The notes under the pieces are model-generated. The model worked only from the letters and a program-made list of their open reading frames with translations. It ran no database searches and was not told where the DNA came from. A DNA stretch of 64,000 nt, from assembly GCF_963921235.1 (NCBI RefSeq), contig NC_086097.1, positions 161,264,001 to 161,328,000 on the forward strand, given 5' to 3'. This DNA comes from Mobula hypostoma. Lineage: Eukaryota. Of this stretch, positions 37,411 through 47,542 are shown piece after piece (positions within the stretch are counted from its first letter, which is position 1; every line of letters starts with the position of its first letter). A program made the position numbers and the translations under genes.

Positions 37411-39040
37411 AAATGCTGCTTCAAATCAAATGGATGAATGTTTATCATGCATTACAATCACTGCACCTGTCCAAAAGTATGTAACTCTTATTGATCGGTC
37501 ATCAACCTAAAAGATTAATGCTACCTCATTCTATACAAATGCTCTTTAATTGCAGGGTGTTTGGCAATATTTCTTGATGTTAATATAGATTTGCAGATGC
37601 CTTTCAATGAATCAATACTGCCTTTCCTCTTTGTTTGATCTCCAGTCCATATTTTTTTGCTAGAGTTTACTTCGAAAGCCTTCTTCTTACTGAGCTACTC
37701 ACGAGACAACGGCCTCTTGGAGCCTCCAAATGCCCTCTAAGAAGCTATGCACAAACAGGCTGTGACTTACCCCAGTCCCCTTTTCACATCGCTTCTACCT
37801 AACAGTATGGACTAAAAATGGAAACGCTCCAGCACATGGGCACACAGAAAGTCAGCATCAACGCACAACTTCCCTCAGTGTTTAGTTATAAAGAAATAAC
37901 CATATTTTGTGGAAAAGATGCACTATTTTAAGAAGGCACCTACCATAGCCATTAAAGCCTCATGAAGAAAATTACCTGTAGCATATGGAGAGGAGAAGTA
38001 ACCCTTGCCAAAAACAAACATTTTTCCATGATTAACTAAAAGCACCAGTGAAAAGCATTCATTTTTACAGGACAGTAATTGTAAAGAGCTGCAATAAACA
38101 AGACAAGAAGCTGGTCTTCTGTGAATGAAGGCTTGTTCTTTTATTCTTTTCATCAGCTGATCAAAAGCTGTTCTGTTGTGAATTAACAGGTCTACTGTAA
38201 TAGAATCCTCTCAAGGAGGTAAAATACAGGATTCTTTTAAGGATATTAAAAGAAGCGGGTGTAGGCATAGGGACCTCGAGTCTGCTCTGCCATTCATAAA
38301 CATCATAGGTGATTTACTAGATCATCTCACATTCCTCCCCAATCTTAAAACAAAATGAGAAAATGAAAAACTCATCGGGTCTACTGAGTGAGAAAAAAAA
38401 AGTTAACATTTCAATGACCTTTCACCAAAGAAATGTTACCCTTGATGGTGTGCAGGTATGACATGACACTCAGACCTCAAAACCCAGCTCTCAGTAGCCA
38501 GTTCCCATTTCTCTGGGACCATCTAAGCAGTCAGGTCAGCTAAGCAAGGAGTTTGGCAGCCATTTGGGAGATCATGTTTCCTGGTGTTTAATTGAGTCTT
38601 GATTCCAACAACCATTGCAAATTAAAGATTGTACCAACCTTATCTTCAACATTTCATACAGCTTTTCACAAAAAAAGATCACATGATTTACAGTGCCTAT
38701 ATAAAGTATTCACTCCCTTTGGAAGTTTTCATGTTTTATTGTTTTACAACATTGAATCACAGCAGATTTAATTTGGCTTTTTTGACACTGATTAACAGAA
38801 AAAGGTTATTTTGTGTCAAAGTGAAAACAGATCTCTACAAAGTGATCTAAATTAATTACAAATATAAAACACATAAATAATTGATTGCATAAGTATTCAC
38901 CCCCCTTTAATATGACACACCAAATCATCACTGGTGCAGCCAATTGGCATAATTAGTTAAATGGAGATCACCTGTGTGCAGTCAAGGTGTTTCAATTGAT
39001 TGTGGTAAAAATACATCTGTATCTGGAAGGTCCAACTGCT

Positions 39041-39551
39041 TTAAAAAAGGTATAGAGAAGAAGTGGCAGGAGGATTGGAAAAATGAATTAAAGGGAAGGC
39101 ATTTCTTTTCTAGTCACCCACTAGTTAAAAATGTCTCAGACTGTTACTTTTTAAATCGTAGAGATATGGTGAAATTAACAAGACTTAGGTTGGGGCATTG
39201 TGGGCTAAGCTATTATTTAAAGATAATAGGAAAACATCCTACTGGATTATGTGACTGTGGTAGTCCAGAGACAGTTCAGCATGTTTTGCTGAGTTATAAT
39301 TGATATAAAATTGAAAGAGGCATATTGTTCAAGAGGCTGTCTGACTTAAATGTATTTTGTTTTTCTATTAAATCCTTGTTTGGTCTCCAAGAGAACCACC
39401 ATCTGATTGAAGAGTTGATTATTCAGTTTATACGTGCAACTAGTTTATATTCGAGAATTTGAGTTTTTTGAAATTCCATAATTAATTATACGTCCTGTGG
39501 AGGGCAGTAATACCCCTAGATGAGTCTAAACTGCTGGAAATAGAAGAAGAA
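39041..39551 (+). mobile_element. Nimb/I-clade LINE 3' fragment inserted in the Tc1 5' region
   Basis: WQEDWKNELKGRHFF..LTRLRLGHCGL..HPTGLCDCGSPETVQHVLL (CCHC-type). (GAA)n tail. 15-bp TSD GAAGGTCCAACTGCT (39026-39040 / 39552-39566). Confidence 0.8.
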
Positions 39552-39597
39552 GAAGGTCCAACTGCTGGTGAGTCAATATCCTGGCAAAAACTGTACC

Positions 39598-40574
39598 ATG
39601 GAGACAAAAGAATATTCCAAACAACTCCATGAAAAGGTTATTGATAACAAGAAAAGTTACTGAATATCCCTTGGCGAAGAGTTAAGTCAATCATCAAGAA
39701 ATGAAAAGAATATGTCACAGCTATAAATCTGCCTAGAGCAGGCCGTCCTCAAAAACTGAGTGCAAGAAGGGGACTGGCAAGGGAAACCACCAAGAGACCT
39801 ATGACAACTCTGGAGGAGTTACTAGCTTCTGTGGCTGAGATGGAGAGACTGCACACACAACAACTGTTGCTCGGGTGCTTAACCAGTCACAGTTTTATGG
39901 GAGAGTGGCAAAGAGAAAGCCACTGTTGAAAAAAACTCTCAGGAAGTCTTGGCTAGAACTTGCCAGAAGGCATGTGGGAGACTATAAAGTGAGCTGGAAG
40001 AAGGTTGTATGGCCTGATGAAAGCAAAATTGAGCTTTTTGGCCATCAGATTAAATGCTATGTTTAGCATAAGCCAAACACTGCACATCATCAAAAACACA
40101 CCATCCCTACTGTGGTTGGCTGCATCATGCTGTGGGGTTGTTTCACTGCAGAAGGCCCTGGAATCCTTGTAAAGGGAGAGGGTAAAATGAATGCAGCAAA
40201 ATGCAGGGAAAGCCTGAAGAAAAACCTGACGCAGTCTGCAAGAGAAGAGCGACTTGGGAAATGATTTGTTTTCCAGCAAGACAATGACCCCCAAGTGTAA
40301 AGACAAAACTACGGGGGAATGGCTTTAAAAACAACAAAATTAATGTTCAGGAGTGACCAAGTCAGAGTTCAGACCTCAATCCAATTGAGAATTTGTTGCT
40401 GGACTTGAACAGGGCTGTTTATTTATGATTCCCATGCAATCTGACAGTGCTTGAGCAGTTTTGTAAAGAAGAATGAAGAAAATTGCAGTGTCCAGATGTG
40501 CAAAGCTGATAGAGGCCTATCCACACAGACTCAAGGCTGAAATTGCTGCCAAAGGTACATCTACTGAATACTGA
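39598..40574 (+). pseudogene. Tc1 DD34E transposase pseudogene
   Basis: ATG at 39598, GRPQKLS, GRVAKRKPLL, WPDESKIELFG, FQQDNDP, SDLNPIENL, stop at 40574. Frameshifted. Confidence 0.88.
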
Positions 40575-40976
40575 CTTGAAAGGAGTGAGTACTTATGCAA
40601 TCAATTATTTTGCATTTTATATTTGTAATTAATTTCAATCACTTTGTAGAAATCTGTTTTCACTTTGACATGAAAGAGAATTTTTCTGCTGATCAGTGAC
40701 AAAAAAAGACAAATTAAATCCCCTGTGATTCAATGTTGAAAAACAATTAAACATGAAAACTTCAGAGGGTGAATTCTTTTTACAGGCACTGTATCTCCGT
40801 TGTGGTTGTTCCAGCATTTGGACTCAGCTAAATAATGGCAAATGGATTACAAATGCTGTTGATGTGTGCTTGAAGGAAGAGCAAGCTGGCTTCAGGAGAA
40901 GCAGAGACTGTGTTGACGAGATCTTCATGCTGTGTAATATCATTGAACAGTGCACGGAGTGGCAGAGACAACTGTA

Positions 40977-41497
40977 GGAAGGACATTCTTGCTATTGAGG
41001 GAGTGCAGCGTAGGTTCACAAGGTTAATTCCCAGGATGACGGAACTGTCATATGTCAAAAGATTGGAGCGACTGGGCTTGTATACTCTGGAATTTAGAAG
41101 GCTGAGAGGGGATCTTATTGAAACATATAAGATTATTAAGGGATTGGACACGCTGGAGGCAGGAAGCATGTTCCCGCTGATGGGTGAGTCCAGAACCAGA
41201 GGCCACAGTTTAAGAATAAGGGGTAGGCCATTTAGAACAGAGTTAAGGCAAAACATTTTCACCCAGAGAGTGGTGGATATATGGAATGCTCTGCCCCAGA
41301 AGGCTTTGGAGGCCAAGTCTCTGGATGCTTTCAAGAAAGAGATGGATAGAGCTCTTAAAGATAGCGGAATCAAAGGTTATGGGGATAAGGCAGGAACTGG
41401 ATACTGATTGTGGATGATCAGCCATGATCACAGTGAATGGTGGTGCTGGCTCGAAGGGCCAAATGGCCTACTCCTGCATCTATTTTCTATTGTCTAT
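40977..41497 (+). mobile_element. CR1 LINE 3' fragment (different subfamily from 8601 and 16197)
   Basis: IEGVQRRFTRLIP..RGDLIETYKI..TRGHSL..FTQRVVDIWNALP. TCTATTG tail. Possible 4-bp TGTA duplication. Confidence 0.9.
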
Positions 41498-41835
41498 TGT
41501 ATGTGAATTTCATAGACATTGAAAAGGCTTTTAATAGCGTCCACAGGGAGAGCCTCTAGCGAATTTTCAGATCATATGGGATCCCTTCCAAAATTGTCCA
41601 GCTTATCCGGAATATCTATGGTAATTCCACCTGCACTGCTGGGGACTACAATTTGAACTTTGAAGTCAAGACTGGAGTCAGGCAAGGCTGTGTGATGTCT
41701 ATGATATTATTTAATCTGGTGATTGACTGGGTTATGAGTCAAACAACAAAGGATATACAGAGAAGCATTAGTTGGATTCTTTTCTCTACCTTAGAAGACC
41801 TTGACTTTGTGGATGACTCACATTACTATCACATA

Positions 41836-43790
41836 CAGTTGAAGTCAGAATTTTACATACACCTTAGCCAAATACATTTAAACTCAGTTTTTCCACAATT
41901 CCTGACGTTTAATCCTAGAAAACATTCCCTGTTTTAGGTCAGTTAGGATCACTTCTTTATTTTAAGAATGTGAAATGTCAGAATAATAGTAGAGAGAATG
42001 ATTTATTTCAGCTTTTATTTCTTTCATCACTTTCCTAGTGGGTCAGAAGTTTACATACACTTTGTTAATATTTGGTAGCATTGCCTTTAAATTGTTTAAC
42101 TTGGGTCAGACGTTTTGGGTAGCCTTCCACAAGATTCTCACAGTAAGTTGCTGGAATTTTGTTCCATTCCTCCAGACAGAACTCATGTAACTGAATCAGG
42201 TTTGTAGGCCTCCTAGCTCGCACACACTTTTTCAGTTCTGTCCACAAATTTTCTTTCAGATTGAGGTCAGGGCTTGTGATGGCCACTCCAAAACCTTGAC
42301 TTTGTTGTCCTCAAGCAATTTTGCCACAACTTTGGAGGTATGCTTGGGGTCATTGTCTACTTGGAAGACCTATTTGCGACTGAGCTTTAACTTCCTCGCT
42401 GATGTCTTGAGATGTTGCTTCAATATATCCACATGATTTTCCTTCCTCATGATGTTATCTATTTTGTGAAGTGCACCAGTCCCTCTGCAGCAAAGCACAC
42501 CCACAACATGATGCTGCCACACCCATGCTTCACGATTGGGATGGTGTTCTTCGGCTTGCAAGCCTCACCCTTTATCCTCCAAACATAACGATGGTCATTA
42601 TGGCCAAACAGTTCAATTTTTGTTTCATCAGACCAGAGGAAATTTCTCCAGAAAGTAAGATCTTTGTCCCCATGTGCACTTGCAAATTGTCGTCTGGCTT
42701 TCTTATGGTGCTTTTGGACCAGTGGCTTCTTTCTTGCTGAGCAGCCTTTCAGGTTATGTCAATATAGGACTTGTTTTACTGTGGATAAACAAACGTTTGT
42801 AGATACTTCTCTACCTGTTCTTCACAAGGTCCTTTGCTGTTGTTCTGGGATTGATTTGCACTTTTCACACCAAAGTACGTTCATCTCTAGGAGACAGAAT
42901 GCGTCTCCTTCCTGAGCGGTATGATGGCTGCATGGCCCCATGATGTTTATACTTGCATACTATTGTTTGTGGGCATGTGGCCAAGTGGTTAAGGCATTCG
43001 ACTATCGACCTGAAGGTCACGAGTTCAAGCCCCAGCCGAGGCAGCGTGTTGTGTCCTTGAGCAAGACACGTAACCACACATTGCTCTGCGACGACACTGG
43101 TGCCAAGCTGTATTGGCCCTTGCCCTTTCCTTGGACAACATCGCTGTCGTGGAGAAGGGAGACTTGCAGCATGGCAACTGCTGGTCTTCCATACAACCTT
43201 GCCTAGGCCTGCACCCTGGAGAGTGAGGACTTTCCAGGCGCAGATCCATGGTCTCACAAGACTAACAGATACCTTATATACTATTGTTTGTACAGATGAA
43301 CGTGGTACCTTCCGGCGTTTGGAAGTTGCTCCCAAGGATGAACCAGACTTGACATCATTTTCTGACCTCAATCCAATAGAAAATTTGTGGGCAGAACTGA
43401 AAAAGCGTGTGCAAGCAAGGAGGCCTACAAACCTGACTCAGTTACGTCAGTTCTGTCTGGAGGAATGGAACAAGATTCCAGCAACTTATTGTGAGAAAGT
43501 TGTGGAAAGCTACTCAAAACGTTTGACCCAAGTTAAACAATTTAAAGGCAATGCTACCAAACACTAACAAAGTGTATGTAAACTTCTGACCAACTAGGAA
43601 AGTGATGAAAGAAATAAAACCTGAAATAAATCATTCTCTCTACTATTATTCTGACATTTCACATTCTTAAAGTAGTGATCCCAACTGACGTAAGACAGGG
43701 AATATTTTCTAGGATTAAATGTCAGAAATTGTGAAAAACTGAGTTTAAATGTATTTGGCTAAGGTGTATGTAAACTTCTGACTTCAACTG
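41836..43790 (-). mobile_element. Sleeping Beauty-family Tc1 element with two right ends (palindromic derivative)
   Basis: Termini CAGTTGAAGTC..TTACATACACCTTAGCCAAATACATTTAAACTC, TA on both sides. Transposase peptides KSGSSLGATSKR.KVPRSSVQTIV, GTGALHKID.IMRKENHVDILKQHLK and EGYPKRLTQVKQFKGNATKY match SB transposase as recalled. Inverted arms 41836-42270 / 43362-43790. Confidence 0.9.
42971..43277 (+). mobile_element. tRNA-derived SINE
   Basis: A box TGGCCAAGTGG, B box GAGTTCAAGCC, central GTGTCCTTGAGCAAGACAC (CORE/Meta-like). 14-bp TSD ATACTATTGTTTGT (42957-42970 / 43278-43291). Confidence 0.9.
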
Positions 43791-44389
43791 TACATACCAG
43801 TACATGCAAGAGAAAACTCAGTGCTTGTGTACCTCTGGTAAACAGGTTGGGCTCAGATTCAGCAAGAGAAAGACTGAGACCATGACTGTTAGTGTAGAGT
43901 CTCCTCCTCCCATCAAGGAAATATGGTGTAGACTTGTCCAGCACTGACAGATTCACCGACTTGGGCAGCATCATTCGGCCAGATGGTGGGACCAAGGATG
44001 ATGTCCAGTGCAGACTCAGTAAAGCCAGAAACATCTTCAGATCAATGAACAACATATGGGGAACAACCAAGTGCAGTGTCCACACCATGGTGAAGCTGTA
44101 CCAGAGTTGTCTTCTAGCTACACTCTTGTACAGGTCAGAATGCTGGTGAATGACAGGGAATGACCCTGCCAAGCTGTCGTCATTCCACACTGGCCAAGAA
44201 AGATCTCCAACCTTGTCCTACATCTTCAGTGTCATCAAGACAATATGGTCTCGGTCATCATGAGGAAACATTGGAGATGGATTGGGCACATGATGAGAAG
44301 TGAAGCCAACTCCATCATAAAGACAGCACCGTATTGGACGCCTGAAGGTGGAGGAAATACAGAAGATAAGCAAACCCGCTGGTGATCTG

Positions 44390-45560
44390 GGCTGGGGCCA
44401 TGGCTGATCTCCAGCTTTGACAAAGTCTGTGGGTTTTCTGGATTGATGGAGGTGCTTACTGTTTTTATTGGCTGAGGAGGTGTTTTCTGCCACTGCCTAC
44501 AGTACATGGCGCCAGCAGTAGCAGGGCTTTTGGGCAGCTGCTGAGGATGTGTTCCAGGGCAGGGCAGAGAGGACATGATGGTGCCTCATTTTTGCCCCAA
44601 GCAAAAAAGTTCACTGGACTAGGCAAAACGTCATACACAGCCTGGATCATGAACCTGATGCACAGTGGTTCTGCCTGCCAGATGTTGGAGCAGGAGATCT
44701 TCTGTTTCAGTGCACCCTCTCACCTTGTCCAAGTTCCCTACTGCCCCATTCCTACCATCCTTGTGGTATACACTTCCTTGTGTGCCACACCTCTTCCTGG
44801 ACCATTTTGAATCTGTCCCTGCCCTGGACCCTGTTGAAGCGGGTTGAAGGAAAACTTCCCAGCCCCGACTAACCGGATGCCATTGTCCCTACCAGATCCC
44901 TGTGTCTCAGCCATCTCCACTGCATCCTTTGCCTTCTGCTTTCTGCCTGTTCAAGCTTCAATGCCTGCTGTCAAGACTTTGGAATCACTGGAATCTCTAT
45001 ACAGCAACAATTCTCTTGTAAAGGAAACCCTAAATTCCTCATTCAGGCAGCTGAAGGGAAGCTGCAACTTATTCCTCTTCCTGTATAGAGCAATGCTATG
45101 TGGGAGGCCCAGCCATCTTCAAAGGTAACCATTGATCTTGCATTCAAGAGCTCAACTGTTGACAAGGGTACTTCACATACCAGCAGTGGACAGAGGATTC
45201 GGGGTAGGATGCCATGCTGGTAGATCCAAGCCTTGAACATTTCAGTAGGCCTGACTTGTCCACACTGGTGAGCCAGACTTCTCACTCCTTGATGATCCTC
45301 TGGGTGGCAGCCACTTCTCTTAGGCTGCAGTCTTTCCAAGCTGTCAACTGTCTCTCCAGTAGTCACCAACCTGTTCTCAGTTGTCACCCAGACTATTCTT
45401 GGGTGTCACTGGCTGAGCCAGAGCTTATGACGCTGAGATACATCCTAGGATACAGTGATGTAACCTGGGGTCAAATGGTGTTGCGGGTCTTTCAACATCA
45501 GACATCCTCACACAGGTGCCCAAGCCAGGGCTGTTCACGCCCCAGCTTGTATCCCAGCCT
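44390..45560 (-). mobile_element. Hero-type non-LTR fragment (44390-45350) preceded on the minus strand by a Hero-like 3' UTR piece (about 45430-45560)
   Basis: FKAWIYQHGILPRIL.PLLV.EVPLSTVE and QAVYDVLPSPVN..CPLC..LEHILSSCPKAL (CCHC). The 3' UTR call rests on a recalled consensus (GATGTTGAAAGACCCG..CCAGGTTACATCACTG). Confidence 0.7.
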
Positions 45561-46211
45561 AATTAGTAGTAGTAAAATGAATTGAGAACCAACCATGGAT
45601 ATGGCAGAATACTTTAAAAGTCTCAGACCAAACCTTCAAAATTCCTGTAAACCAAATCATTTGCTTTCACAACCAAATAAAAGTAAGATATTCTAATATG
45701 GTCTTTAATATTACCCAGAAATTTGTTTTCTATTGAATTTTTTTGTTAGGGATAAATCCAACTGTGTATTTGCCTCTGAAAATTGGGTTTGAATCATGGT
45801 CAAGCATTGAGATTAAACCATTCTTTTCTTTAATGGTTGTTAAAGTTTCTAAGCATGATAACCTCAGTAAATGGTAGTTATTGCCAGGCACACAAAGGTT
45901 TATTCATAAATTGCACAAAGCTGTTTGCTATTTAGTACAGTAAAACTAAGTAATTTTATTGAGGAAACAAGAGGACATATAATGCAGGAAATACAAATGG
46001 TACATTGATGCAGTAGTTTATTTATTCCTTTTTCATTAAGCTATATTGGACTATATTCATAATAAATTTGATGTAAAAGTATTTTTTCATGCCCTTGGGC
46101 ATAAAATGAGAAAATGGTCTATTTTTGACATCATAAACTCAATTGGGTAAACATACACCAATATAACCATAAAGATGTGAAAAATAACTGTTTTCTTCTA
46201 TTGCCCTTCAG

Positions 46212-46432
46212 AAGCATTGTTAGCTCCTGGCAATGTTGCCATGGTGTCCCCTAAACTCTCACCCACTTTTCTAAATAAAGTGGCCAAAAGTGTAAAAATT
46301 TGTCAAAGTTTTAACGGAACAAGTTCTGGATTAAAACACTTTTATCATTTAATCAGCCTCAGCTCTAAATCCAGCAGTCTTGCCTTCCTCATTAGTATTC
46401 TGTTAATTATTCATCTATTGGGCTTCCTCTAA
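46212..46432 (+). CDS. Candidate terminal host exon encoding a possible GPI-anchor signal
   Basis: Strong acceptor TTTTCTTCTATTGCCCTTCAG. Open frame to the stop at 46432, ending FNGTSSG..SKSSSLAFLISILLIIHLLGFL*. Non-repeat context. Confidence 0.3.
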
Positions 46433-47542
46433 ATTTTTCAACATAGATTTCTTTAACTAAATCTGTAACTGAGCAACTAACAGAACTGAGTAAGGCTAAT
46501 ATAATCATAGCAAATGAAATAATGATTGAAAACACAAACACAAGAGATTCTGCAGATGCTGGAAATCCAGAGTAACACACACAAAATGCTTGAAGGCACA
46601 TTGTTTCTCCATTAATCTGTTTTGCAGTGTATTTTTCAAGATGTCACTTAGGAACAACTATTTTCAAACTTCTTGTAAATGCTAAGAATTTAGCTTACAT
46701 GTTTATAAGCACACCAGAGTGGTCAGAAGATAAATATTTCATCCTGTTTTTCTCTTACTATTTTTGAATAATTTTTGTTTCAATAGCATTTTTGCCTCTT
46801 CCTGGTTTATCTAAATTCTTAGGATCAGCAAATCAACCTGTGAGTGTTAAGAGTAGAAAGGATCATCATATCAAATTAGAAGAGCCACACTAGGACAAAA
46901 TTGTTTGGCCAAGATATTATTTTTTTGTTACCCAATATATTAATGCTTTGATAGAAACTCACCGGACTCATAGCAAATGGTCTTCTTTCTTTACTTTTAT
47001 ATTTGTGTGCTGTAACACTTACTTTTTATTTGCAGTTATTTTGTAAATAATACTATTCTTTTGCACTTCTGGTCAAATGCTAATTGCATTTCATTGGCTT
47101 TGTATCTGTACTCGACACAATGACAATGAAGTTGAATCTAATCTAATCTAAATCTAATTTCTTCTGATAAATTTGGGCTTTAGCAAAGTGTAGCACGTTA
47201 AGAGGCCCTACCTGTAATGCAGAAAGTTAAGCTGTTCAAAACATTGCATTAGACAGGACTGGTAATCAATGTTCAGATAATCCCACTAAACTACTTTAGA
47301 CAACCATATCTAAACCATATCTAAAGATTGTACACTTCAGATTCTTTGCTTCATGGTAAATAAAAAGGATAGGTGTATGTGCTACAAAGGTTTTAATAAA
47401 GAGTTCTAACTTGCAATTTAATGTTGCAAAATATATTAGTCATGTATTATGGATTACCAACACAATTAATCCTGAAAAAAAATCTGTATCCAGAACATTT
47501 CATCAGAAAACAAATGCCAAGAAAATGAAGCAACACTGGTAA

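Larger units (their letters stand above)
38691..40791 (+). mobile_element. Tc1/mariner IR-DR DNA transposon, complete but decayed
   Basis: ~210-bp TIRs starting CAGTGCCT and ending AGGCACTG, inner direct repeats (GCATAAGTATTCAC), TA TSD on both sides (38689-90, 40792-93). Confidence 0.92.
40830..44375 (+). mobile_element. Second RTE-clade LINE (RT region) in three pieces, interrupted by CR1 and the SB-like Tc1
   Basis: EEQAGFRRSRDCVDEIF..EWQRQL | YVNFIDIEKAF..GVRQGCVMS..LEDLDFVDD..LSH | TYQYMQEK..FTDLGS..TLLYRSECW..WIGHMMR. Confidence 0.85.

Noticed and set aside
42971..43045. tRNA gene
   Set aside because: It is the SINE head: followed by SINE body and tail, flanked by a TSD, and lacking a complete cloverleaf.
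45478..45505. Hammerhead-like CTGATG..G(C)AAC in the Hero 3' UTR
   Set aside because: Lacks the CUGANGA core and the correct stem arrangement.
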